64,000 nucleotides of DNA from Candidatus Bathyarchaeota archaeon (lineage in GTDB: Archaea > Thermoproteota > Bathyarchaeia > Bathyarchaeales > Bathycorpusculaceae): the NCBI GenBank assembly GCA_963733095.1, contig CAVTBV010000016.1:64001-128000 (forward strand), written 5' to 3'. Of this stretch, positions 27,281 to 36,274 are shown in pieces; the first letter of the stretch is position 1, and the number at the start of each line of letters is the position of its first letter. Position numbers and translations under genes: made by a program. A model generated the notes under the pieces. It saw only the letters and a program-made list of their open reading frames with translations. It made no database searches and was not told the origin of the DNA.

Positions 27281-28234
27281 TTGACTAAAATCAAATTTGG
27301 TGTATTCCTACCATTCTACGCTTTCCAAGCCAAAACGCCAACCGAACATTTTGAAATCCTAAAGAACACAGTTTTAGAAAGCGAACAGTTGGGTTATGAC
27401 TCGGTTTGGCTCGACGACCACTTAATGTACAATAACTGGTCCATCCTTGAATCCTGGACAACCCTGTCTGCGTTTGCTATGTTAACCAGCAAGATAAGGG
27501 TAGGAACTATGGTTTCCTGCATCCAGCACAGAAACCCCGGTTTACTCGCCAAGTCCGCCGCTACCCTTGACGCCATTTCGAACGGCAGGTTAGAGTTGGG
27601 CATCGGGACAGGAGTTCAAGAGGCTGAGCATGTTGCTTATGGATTTGACTTCCCAAAGCTAAGCCTTAGAGCAGAGCGGCTGGGGGAGGCTTTAGAAGTC
27701 ATAACTCGGTTGTGGACACAAGAAAAAGCAAGCTACAAAGGAAAACACTACGCGCTTAAAGACGCCATTTGCGAACCCAAGCCCATGCAGAAGCCCCATC
27801 CACCCATAACTGTCGGCGGTTGCGAAGAAAAGCACACCCTGAAAGTCGCTGCAAAGTACTCGGACAGGTTCGACTGGGGTTTCCTGCCGACAGCGGACGC
27901 CTATAAGCGCAAACTTGGGGTTTTAGAGAACCACTGCAAAGCGGTGGGCAGGAATTTGGGGGAAATTGAGCGGTCATGCTGGCCAAGCGGGCAGATTTTG
28001 ATTGTCGAAGACCAAAAAGACATAGCTGAGAAGATTTCCAAATATAAGCTGCCAAATATGAGTGTAGAAGATTACAAGAAATCCACTTTGGCTGGGACTC
28101 CCGAAGAATGCGTGGAGAAGTTGCAGGTTTACATGGATTTAGGTGTGACTTATTTTATGCTGTACTTCGCTGATCTTCCAAGCACTGATGGGCTAAGGCT
28201 GTTTGCCAAAGCCATTGCCCAAAAAATTAGCTAG
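27281..28234 (+). CDS. LLM-class, probably F420-dependent, oxidoreductase
   Basis: GYDSVWLDDHL, RNPGLLAK, SNGRLELGIG, PKP.QKPHPPI.VGG. Confidence 0.88.
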   Translation: MTKIKFGVFLPFYAFQAKTPTEHFEILKNTVLESEQLGYDSVWLDDHLMYNNWSILESWTTLSAFAMLTSKIRVGTMVSCIQHRNPGLLAKSAATLDAISNGRLELGIGTGVQEAEHVAYGFDFPKLSLRAERLGEALEVITRLWTQEKASYKGKHYALKDAICEPKPMQKPHPPITVGGCEEKHTLKVAAKYSDRFDWGFLPTADAYKRKLGVLENHCKAVGRNLGEIERSCWPSGQILIVEDQKDIAEKISKYKLPNMSVEDYKKSTLAGTPEECVEKLQVYMDLGVTYFMLYFADLPSTDGLRLFAKAIAQKIS

Positions 28235-28581
28235 AGGTCTCCTCTGGCAATATGCGATAACTCGTGAACGATGATTTGGTCTATATTATGGTAAGGCTTT
28301 TCTCTAACTAAGATAATGTAGTCGGCGTCGTCGCTTTCGTCACCGTTAAACACACAGGCATCGGTGCCCTTAGTTGATAGAATCCTGCCCCATTCTTCAA
28401 TTTCCCGAAAATCATCCTCTGCGCAGTGGCGATGCTGCAAAACGTGGTTGAAATCGGCGTCGCTTAGCCTGAGAGCTTTAACTTTGGGCAGGGGTTTGTG
28501 GCTTAAGATTTTCCATGCGGCTGCGAGGCGACTTCTGGGTATACGTTCGGTTTTCATCTTGATTCCTGCAACTAAACTCAT
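28231..28581 (-). CDS. Small protein with a C-terminal HExxH (zincin-like) motif
   Basis: IIVHELSHIARG. Confidence 0.6.
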   Translation of the reverse strand: MSLVAGIKMKTERIPRSRLAAAWKILSHKPLPKVKALRLSDADFNHVLQHRHCAEDDFREIEEWGRILSTKGTDACVFNGDESDDADYIILVREKPYHNIDQIIVHELSHIARGDL

Positions 28582-28739
28582 ACAACCACCGTTATGATAT
28601 TTTTCAGCAAAAAAGAGTCCTACCGCTTGGGGCAGGTCACTACAAAAATCAAAGCGTTTAGCCGTAAAAGTGTTTGCGGTAGTTGCGCTACTACCACAAC
28701 TAAGGTTGCCTACAAATAAGGGGGATAGATTTTTGAGAG

Positions 28740-30257
28740 CTATTGTTGCTTTTTGTGGTTGTAGTCGGTTGACAGCACGTTCATGCCGCTTAGTACTGCT
28801 TCCATGCTGGCTTTAACGATGTCTTCGCGGACACCCATCGCGGTGACAGTTCGGTTTCCCTTGCGCATGCGCACGACGACTTCAACCATGGCGTCTGTTC
28901 CGCCTGTGATGGCTTTAACGTTGTACTGTTCCAGCGTTATGGGTTCGGTTTCTTTTATGGCGTCTTTAACTGCGTTTATGGCTGCATCGACTGGTCCAAC
29001 GCCCACTGCAGTGCCCCAAACAACTTTGCCGTTTAGTTTAAGGCGAACCGAAGCTGTTGACGTGACTTTGTCGCCGCCAACATAAGTCATTTCTTCAAGC
29101 TGTATTGGCTTAACTCTATCCAAGCCCATGACGGTTTCAGCGATGGCAAGCACATCCGCATCCATGACGGTTTTGCCCTTGTCGCCCAGTTCTTTGATTC
29201 GCTGAAAAATCTCCTTAAACTGCGCTTCACTGGGTTTGATGCCCATGTACTCCAGGTTTGCCCGTATAGCGTGAGAACCTGAATGTTTGCCCGGTGAGAG
29301 TCGTCTTGTGCGTCCTACAAGCTCAGGTGTTATCGGCTCATAGGTTAGCGGGTTGGATAGCAAGCCTTGCGTGTGTATGCCTGATTCGTGGGTGAAAGCG
29401 TTTTCGCCGACTATGGCTTTGTTTGGCTGCACGTGAACTCCCGTTAACCGTGAAACCAGCTGCGAGGTTCCATAAAGCAACTCAGTTTTGATGTCAACAT
29501 CCAGTTTATAAAGCGACCGAAGAGTTATCACTATTTCTTCGAGCGCCGCGTTTCCTGCTCGTTCGCCTAAGCCGTTGATGGTTGCATGAACCTCTTCTGC
29601 GCCTGAACCTAAAGCAGCAACGCTGTTGGCGACTGCCATGCCGAAATCGTTGTGGCAATGCACGCCGACGGGAACTTTGATTTTTTCTTTAAGTTTGGAG
29701 AAGAACTCCGATGCACGTTCAGGCGTCAAGATGCCCACGGTGTCGCATGGAATTACCCTGTCCACACCAGCATCCACAGCTACCAGAAACACTTGGGTCA
29801 AGTACTCCATGTCTGAGCGGGTTGCGTCTTCAGCTAAAAGCTCCACCGTCAAGCCGTGGTCTTTAGCGTACCCGACAAGGTCTTGGGTGGTTTTTAGGAT
29901 TTGTTCGCGTGTTTTGTGGAGTTTACACTCGATGTGCAAATCAGAGGTTGGGATAATCATGGCTACTCCGGAAGCACCGCTCTTTAACACAGCGTCAACG
30001 TCGTTTTTTGTTCCCCTAGCGGCACTGTACACTTTAGCCTTCAAGCCTTGTTTAGCGATGAGGCTGACAGATTCCATTTCGCCCTCAGAAACCGCCGCAA
30101 ACCCAGCTTCGATAAAATCGACGCCAAGCTCGTCTAGCCGCTGGGCTATGCGCAGTTTATTTTCAGGTACAAGAGATACTCCGGGTGTTTGTTCACCATC
30201 ACGTAGGGTGGTGTCTAAAAACTTTACAGACTTAGGGAAGCGGTTGAATAAAGCAAT
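28740..30257 (-). CDS. cimA: (R)-citramalate synthase, LeuA/CimA family; start codon unresolved
   Basis: Frame continues upstream of the track's start through [17 protein letters not shown]; HCHNDFG, GERAGN, PTS..H, GGTDA..EVVV...KG recalled as CimA-like; no ATG/GTG/TTG in frame before the DRE motif, so ATT 30257 is used provisionally. Confidence 0.75.
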   Translation of the reverse strand: MALFNRFPKSVKFLDTTLRDGEQTPGVSLVPENKLRIAQRLDELGVDFIEAGFAAVSEGEMESVSLIAKQGLKAKVYSAARGTKNDVDAVLKSGASGVAMIIPTSDLHIECKLHKTREQILKTTQDLVGYAKDHGLTVELLAEDATRSDMEYLTQVFLVAVDAGVDRVIPCDTVGILTPERASEFFSKLKEKIKVPVGVHCHNDFGMAVANSVAALGSGAEEVHATINGLGERAGNAALEEIVITLRSLYKLDVDIKTELLYGTSQLVSRLTGVHVQPNKAIVGENAFTHESGIHTQGLLSNPLTYEPITPELVGRTRRLSPGKHSGSHAIRANLEYMGIKPSEAQFKEIFQRIKELGDKGKTVMDADVLAIAETVMGLDRVKPIQLEEMTYVGGDKVTSTASVRLKLNGKVVWGTAVGVGPVDAAINAVKDAIKETEPITLEQYNVKAITGGTDAMVEVVVRMRKGNRTVTAMGVREDIVKASMEAVLSGMNVLSTDYNHKKQQ

Positions 30258-30431
30258 ACCCCATTTAAATCACATTCATTTCCAAGGGTGCAAGCACAAA
30301 TATAAGAATTATGGTGATAAGCTCCACTGAAAGCGTCCTCCCGGCAGTTGGCTTAAAGTCTCAACGTGAGATCTGCTTTCTTTCACAGTTCATCTCACCC
30401 AAAATTGCGTGGCTTACCAACATAGTAGGAT

Positions 30432-30500
30432 CCAAATAGCAAATCTATACAGAAACTATAGAGAGGGGGTCTACTTACCTAAGAAGGTAGGTCCTATTGG
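30432..30500 (+). repeat. About 70-bp dispersed intergenic repeat, copy 1
   Basis: Shares CCAA.TA, AGAAA..ATAG, AGGGG, CCTAAGA and GGTAGG.C.TATT.GG blocks with 62787-62853; ends are inverted. Confidence 0.55.
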
Positions 30501-30635
30501 CGAAATACCACCCATCAGAATGCTGAAAATGCTTAAAAAAACCGATACCCACAACTCATCTTTTGAATGGTACTGCATAAAATTTAACAGCAACGCCAAG
30601 CAAATAGTCTGCGAGCATTCATTGAGGTATCTGAC

Positions 30636-32264
30636 TTGAAAAGTGACGCAATTAAGAAAGGAATTGAAAAAGCGCCTCACCGCGCCCTACTAAAATCACT
30701 TGGACTGCAAGACGATGACATAGCTAAACCCTTGATTGGGATTGCTAACAGCTACACAAACATCGTTCCCGGACACATTCACCTCCGCACCATTGGAGAA
30801 GCTGTAAAAGAAGGAATCCTTGCGGCGGGCGGCATACCCTTTGAGTTTAACACCATCGCGGTCTGCGACGGTATCGCCATGGGACATGAAGGTATGCGTT
30901 ACTCTTTGCCTTCGCGGGAAATCATCGCTGATTCCGTGGAGATTATGCTTCAAGCCCACAGCCTCGATGGATTGGTCATGATTTCGAATTGTGACAAAAT
31001 CACTCCTGGCATGCTCATGGCAGCCGCACGCGTAGACATCCCGGCGATTATGGTTACAGGGGGGCCCATGGCGGCAGGACGCCACCGCGGCAAAAAAATA
31101 AGTTACTCCGCAATGCCTGAAGCACTTGGGCAAGTCGCGGCGGGAAAAATGAGTGAAGGTGAACTTTGCGAGATGGAAGAAAACGCGTGTCCCGGATGCG
31201 GTAGCTGCAGCGGTATGTTCACTGCCAATACCATGGCATGCATGACTGAAGCGCTTGGATTGTCGCTGCCTTACTGCGCAACCTCACTTGCAAACAGCGC
31301 CTTCAAACTCCGGTTAGCCCGAGCTACAGGCAAACAAATAATCAAACTAATCAACGACGACCTCAAACCCTCACAAATCCTCACCAAACAAGCCTTCGAA
31401 AACGCCATCGCACTCGACATGGCACTTGGCGGCTCAACCAACACCACCCTCCACCTGCCAGCAATCGCTAAAGAAGCAGGCTTAACTGTGCCTCTGGCGG
31501 TTTTTGATGAAATCGGCAGAAAAGTTCCGCACTTATGCAGCATGATACCCAGCGGAATTTATGCGCTTGAAGATTTGGATGCGGCAGGCGGAATCCCTGC
31601 AGTTATGAATGAACTCAAAAGCCTCCTTAACCTAAACCTGCCCACAGTAACAGGGAAAACAGTCGGCGACAACATCAAAAACGCAATGGTCGTCGACAGA
31701 GAAGTCATCCACAGCCTCGCCGACCCCGTTCACAAGGAAGGCGGCATAGCCATCTTAACGGGCAACCTCTCACCCAAAGGCTCAGTCATAAAAACTGCAG
31801 GCGTCTCACCAAAAATGCAAAAACACACAGGCCCAGCAAAAGTTTACGATTCAGAAAAAGAAGCCCTAACAGCCATCCGCGGCGGCCAAATCAAAGCAGG
31901 TGACGTAGTCGTCATACGCTATGAAGGACCAAGAGGTGGACCTGGAATGCCAGAAATGCTGTTTCCAACCGCAACAATCGCCGGCATGGGCCTATCTGAG
32001 AGCGTTGCCTTAGTCACTGACGGAAGATTCTCAGGCGCCACACGCGGAGGAAGCATCGGACACGTAGCCCCAGAAGCCTTCGACGGCGGACCCATCGCAG
32101 TTCTCAAAAACGGCGACATCGTAACAATCGACATTCCAAACCGCACTCTAAAAGTGGAGTTATCTGACGAAGAACTCAAGGCGAGATTAACAGCTTGGAA
32201 GCCAAGGGAGCCTAAAATCAAAAAGGGCATACTCTCTCGCTATAGGCCAACGCCAACAGAATAA
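30636..32264 (+). CDS. ilvD: Dihydroxy-acid dehydratase
   Basis: [50 protein letters not shown]; GAGGT SD before TTG. Confidence 0.98.
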   Translation: MKSDAIKKGIEKAPHRALLKSLGLQDDDIAKPLIGIANSYTNIVPGHIHLRTIGEAVKEGILAAGGIPFEFNTIAVCDGIAMGHEGMRYSLPSREIIADSVEIMLQAHSLDGLVMISNCDKITPGMLMAAARVDIPAIMVTGGPMAAGRHRGKKISYSAMPEALGQVAAGKMSEGELCEMEENACPGCGSCSGMFTANTMACMTEALGLSLPYCATSLANSAFKLRLARATGKQIIKLINDDLKPSQILTKQAFENAIALDMALGGSTNTTLHLPAIAKEAGLTVPLAVFDEIGRKVPHLCSMIPSGIYALEDLDAAGGIPAVMNELKSLLNLNLPTVTGKTVGDNIKNAMVVDREVIHSLADPVHKEGGIAILTGNLSPKGSVIKTAGVSPKMQKHTGPAKVYDSEKEALTAIRGGQIKAGDVVVIRYEGPRGGPGMPEMLFPTATIAGMGLSESVALVTDGRFSGATRGGSIGHVAPEAFDGGPIAVLKNGDIVTIDIPNRTLKVELSDEELKARLTAWKPREPKIKKGILSRYRPTPTE

Positions 32265-32309
32265 AAAATAAAACCGTAAAATGGCAAAGAAAAGTGTGGA
32301 TCTGCTGGT

Positions 32310-32565
32310 TTACCAGTAGCCTCCAGACATCATGCTCATTCCCATTCGGTATGGATAGGCGCCTTGCTGTGGATATTGAGAGTAGCCATAGCCGTTGTTG
32401 GGCGACCTATTTCAATAGTTGCCGCCGTATGCTTGGGCCTGGGCTTGGGTATATAGGGTGTTTTGGTTTTGGGTTTGACATATTGTGCGAAGGCTACGCC
32501 GATTGCCGCTAAGATTACTAGTGAACCTGCTATATGAGGAAGAGGATAGTTTTTGTTTTAGTCAT
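32310..32565 (-). pseudogene. Decayed gene for a small secreted Gly/Tyr/Gln/Met-rich protein
   Basis: GAGGTGA SD; MTKTKTILFLI /shift/ IAGSLVILAAIGVAFAQY /shift/ NQNTLYTQAQAQAYGGNY*NRSPNNGYGYSQYPQQGAYPYRMGMSMMSGGYW*. Confidence 0.6.
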
Positions 32566-32719
32566 TCTTTTTCACCTCAAGTATTATATTGGCTTGGGGA
32601 GGTTTGAGAGTTGGCTGATACAGTTTTGAAACAGTTTCACGGTTTTAGATGGAGAATACGCTCATAACACTGTGATAAACCTTAAATTCCACCGTGAATA
32701 CGTCTAATTTAGATATACC

Positions 32720-33334
32720 ATGAAAAGAGCCAACATGTTCCTAACCATACTGATTGCGTCCATAGTAGCCCTCATAGCCTCAACCGCCATAGGCTTCGCC
32801 TACTTCTCGTCAACTCAGAATTCAAACAACTGGATGAGCCAAATGTGGGGAGGATCAAACAACAACAACTACGACGGAATGGGCAGTATGATGGGACAAA
32901 CGGGAACAGTACAAACCGCATCTAACGCGTGGTTGCCCTATTTCGGAGTCTTATTTGCTGTCCTAATAGGCGTCACCGTCGTCGGAATCATCGGAATAGG
33001 CTATTATCTTCTGCACCCCCAGATCAGAGTCGGAAGTATCGGAGTTATTCAAGCCACTCAAAACATCTCAGCAACTCAGCCAGCTACAAACGGTACAACC
33101 GCATACGATTCAGTTACTAAAACTTTAACCGAGGAAGAACGCAAAATCATAGAGGTACTAAATACCCATGAAGGCAAATACCTTCAGAAATACATCCGAA
33201 ACGAAACAGGCTTAAGCCGACTCAAAACCCACAGGATAATTGCGCGCTTAGCCGACCGAGGAATCGTTTCACTGGAAAAAATAGGAAACACCAACCAAGT
33301 TTACCTATCCAGCTGGCTACAACAAAAAAACTAA
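32720..33334 (+). CDS. Membrane-anchored winged-helix protein (COG2512-like)
   Basis: Two TM helices around a GMGSMMG loop; C-terminal LT.EER.II...Q..I...TGLSRLKTHRII.RL..RG.V...K.G.TN. Confidence 0.8.
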   Translation: MKRANMFLTILIASIVALIASTAIGFAYFSSTQNSNNWMSQMWGGSNNNNYDGMGSMMGQTGTVQTASNAWLPYFGVLFAVLIGVTVVGIIGIGYYLLHPQIRVGSIGVIQATQNISATQPATNGTTAYDSVTKTLTEEERKIIEVLNTHEGKYLQKYIRNETGLSRLKTHRIIARLADRGIVSLEKIGNTNQVYLSSWLQQKN

Positions 33335-33796
33335 TCAACATAGCCAAATCATAAAAATAAAAAATTCGCCTTCCATTTTTTTAATTAAACAAAACTATCG
33401 CAGGCAATATCGGGTTAGAACTTAGCGGTTGTTGTTTCAACCTGTGACAACATCGCCTTATATCGTTTAGAGCCTCAATGAGATATCAAGAAGGAGAATA
33501 CTAAGAGCCAACAAGTTGAGCGGGTCTGGCGGCTAACAAAGGAGAAGGCGCCTGCAACATTTTTGCCTCGCCAAAGCTAGCCCATGGCTAAATCCGCCCA
33601 ACAAACCTTTTTGCCTCCAAAATTATTAATGGTTTGTTTAGAAATGACAAAAAGGGTTGTTAGGGTAAAGAATGCCCCATAGGCGTGTCACTTTGGGAAA
33701 TAATTGCATAGTTCCAAAGGTAAAGATTTAATCAGAAACCACAAACTTTTTATTTGCACAACGGTTCCTTTTAAAGAAAGTGGAGTTTAACGAGGT

Positions 33797-33853
33797 ATGA
33801 GCATGAGGGATCGTCACCTCAATAGCCGGGATCGTCGGGTACAAATTCTTTAA
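33797..33853 (+). promoter_or_regulatory. Candidate leader peptide upstream of ilvB (MSMRDRHLNSRDRRVQIL*)
   Basis: GAGGT SD, TATA-like CTTTTTAT near 33746, and Val, Ile, Leu among the last four codons. Confidence 0.4.
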
Positions 33854-33952
33854 CTCGTCCAGCCTACCCGCTAAACAAACCACAAAAAAATTCTCGCAAA
33901 CAACTTTTCTAGATGATAGCATAGTTGTTAATTTAAAAGACAGGAGACTGAA

Positions 33953-35665
33953 TTGAAAATGGCAAAAATGTCTGGTGCGCAAGCACTCTTAGAATCCCTT
34001 GAACGAGAAAAAGTTGATACAATCTTCGGCATATTAGGCGGAGCCATCCTTCCAGTATACGATGCGTTATGCGACCACAAGAAGATACGCCACATCCTTG
34101 CGCGACATGAACAGTGTGCAGCCCATGAAGCTGAAGGTTACGCACGTGCCAGCGGAAGAGCAGGCGTATGCATGGCAACCAGCGGACCAGGAGCCACCAA
34201 TCTAGTAACAGGCATAGCTAACGCCTACATGGACTCCTCGCCCATAATCGCATTAACAGGACAAATCCCAACCACAAGCCCTAACAGCTCCTACATGATT
34301 GGCAGAGACGCCTTCCAAGAAGCAGACATCATCGGCATCACCACCGCAATCACAAAATACAATTACCAACCAAGAACCATCGCCGAAATTCCCGTGGCAG
34401 TCAAAAGCGCATTCTACCTTGCAACCACAGGCAGACCTGGACCAGTCCTAATCGACTTGCCTAAGAACGTTCAATCAGGAATGGCAGATATCGAATTCAC
34501 AGATAAGATTGATGTTGGCGGATACAAACTGCCCCCTGAACCGGACATGGCAAAAATCAGCGAAGCCGCAGACTTACTGGCGAAAGCGGAATGCCCAATC
34601 ATCTTGGCAGGCGGTGGAGCAATAACTGCTCAAGCATCAGACGAACTGACCCAAATGTCAGACCTGCTAATGGCACCGGTTGCAACAACCTTCATGGGTA
34701 AAGGTGCATTCCCAGAAAACCACCCCTTATCCTTGGGAAGCATCGGTATGCATGGCAACCCAGCAGCAAACAAACTGATGGGCGAAGCGGATGTCTTGCT
34801 GGCTGTTGGAACAAGGTTCTCTGACCGCGCAACCGCAAATCTGGATACATTCGCGTCCCACGCTAAAAAAATTCAGTTAGACATAGACGCTGCAGAAATA
34901 AACAAAAACATCGAAGTCGACGTTTCAATAGTTGCAGACGCCAAAGTCTCAATGAAAATGCTGTACGCCGCAGTTTCCAAGAAACTACAGAAGGGCGAAG
35001 GGAAAGCATGGACAAAGCATGTCAAAGAGGCTAAGGAACAGCTGAGTCCACTGCTAAAGGATTTGCCAAGAGATTTGGTGCCTAAAGCATTGTTGGGTGA
35101 ATTGAGGAAACTGTTGCCCGAAAGCGCCATAGTCACCACAGAAGTGGGACAGAACCAGATGTGGTCAGCTCTATACTTCCAGGCGTTGAAGCCCCGGACA
35201 TTTATCAGTTCAGGCGGTTTAGGAACGATGGGTTTTGGTTTCCCAGCAGCCATAGGCGCCAAAGTTGCATGTCCAGACCGACCAGTCGTGGACGTCGCGG
35301 GCGATGGAAGCTTCATAATGAGCGAACAGGAATTAGCATGCAGTGTCACTGAAAACATTCCAGTTATCGTCATTGTACTAAACAACTCAGTGTTAGGTAT
35401 GGTGGCGCAGTGGCAACGTATGCTCTACAAACGCCGATACATGGCCATCAACTTGGGTAAAACCCCAGACTTTGTGAAGCTCGCAGAAGCATACGGAGCC
35501 CAAGGCACCCGCGCATCATCCATCGAAGAATTCCACAAAGCAGTTAAGACAGCATTGACCAGTAAAGTTACAACGGTAATCGATGTGCCTATTGGCTCAG
35601 AGACCGATGTGGTTCCCTTTGTGCCTCCAGGCTGCGGCTTACCACAACAAAAAGGTGACTACTAA
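33953..35665 (+). CDS. ilvB: Acetolactate synthase large subunit
   Basis: RHEQ, TSGPGATN, GRDAFQE, SGGLGTMGFG, GDGSF...NN, GMV.QWQ. Confidence 0.97.
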   Translation: MKMAKMSGAQALLESLEREKVDTIFGILGGAILPVYDALCDHKKIRHILARHEQCAAHEAEGYARASGRAGVCMATSGPGATNLVTGIANAYMDSSPIIALTGQIPTTSPNSSYMIGRDAFQEADIIGITTAITKYNYQPRTIAEIPVAVKSAFYLATTGRPGPVLIDLPKNVQSGMADIEFTDKIDVGGYKLPPEPDMAKISEAADLLAKAECPIILAGGGAITAQASDELTQMSDLLMAPVATTFMGKGAFPENHPLSLGSIGMHGNPAANKLMGEADVLLAVGTRFSDRATANLDTFASHAKKIQLDIDAAEINKNIEVDVSIVADAKVSMKMLYAAVSKKLQKGEGKAWTKHVKEAKEQLSPLLKDLPRDLVPKALLGELRKLLPESAIVTTEVGQNQMWSALYFQALKPRTFISSGGLGTMGFGFPAAIGAKVACPDRPVVDVAGDGSFIMSEQELACSVTENIPVIVIVLNNSVLGMVAQWQRMLYKRRYMAINLGKTPDFVKLAEAYGAQGTRASSIEEFHKAVKTALTSKVTTVIDVPIGSETDVVPFVPPGCGLPQQKGDY

Positions 35666-36177
35666 TGGAGACTGGAAAAACCAAAGTTATATCCGTGCTA
35701 GTTGAGAACAAACCTGGTGTCCTACAAATCATCGCCAACCTATTCAGACGCAGAAACTTTAACATAGAAAGCATCACCGTCGGTCCAACCCAGCAACACG
35801 ACATAGCCCGCATGACCATAACAGTCAACGAAGACGAAAAGACCATCGACCAAGTCATCAAACAAGTCGCAAAACAAATCGACGTCCTCAAAGTCGACGA
35901 ACTCTCTCTTGGCAACTTTGTCATGCGTGAACTCGCATTGATCAAAGTTAACGTGCCAAGCTCCAAAGAACGCAGCGACATCATCAACTGCGTAGAGGTC
36001 TTCCGCGGCAGAATCATCGATGTCTCAACCGACAGCCTAACAGTTGAAATCACAGGAACCCCAGACAAAATCGACGCATTCCTCAACCTCATGAACACCT
36101 TTGGAGTAATAGAATTGGCAAGAACAGGCATAACAGCCCTAGCTCGAGGCGCAAAATCGACAAGAATCGACGAATAA
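35665..36177 (+). CDS. ilvN: Acetolactate synthase small subunit
   Basis: LVENKPGVL, FNIESITVG, RELALIKV, ELARTG. Confidence 0.97.
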   Translation: METGKTKVISVLVENKPGVLQIIANLFRRRNFNIESITVGPTQQHDIARMTITVNEDEKTIDQVIKQVAKQIDVLKVDELSLGNFVMRELALIKVNVPSSKERSDIINCVEVFRGRIIDVSTDSLTVEITGTPDKIDAFLNLMNTFGVIELARTGITALARGAKSTRIDE

Positions 36178-36274
36178 ACAGCATCGATAAAGCGGAAATA
36201 CTTAATTGTCTGTTCTTTAAAATCCCCATTTGTCTTAGGTAAATTTAGGTTTAATTCAAGGTAAGCGAAAGACT

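Noticed and set aside
33596-33666. Integron attC site (GCCCAAC ... GTTAGGG)
   Set aside because: The stem is continuous, with no R/L boxes, unpaired spacer or extrahelical bases; there is no integrase or cassette array nearby.
36206-36220. TTG TCT GTT CTT TAA mini-ORF before leuC
   Set aside because: Too short, no SD, and expected by chance.
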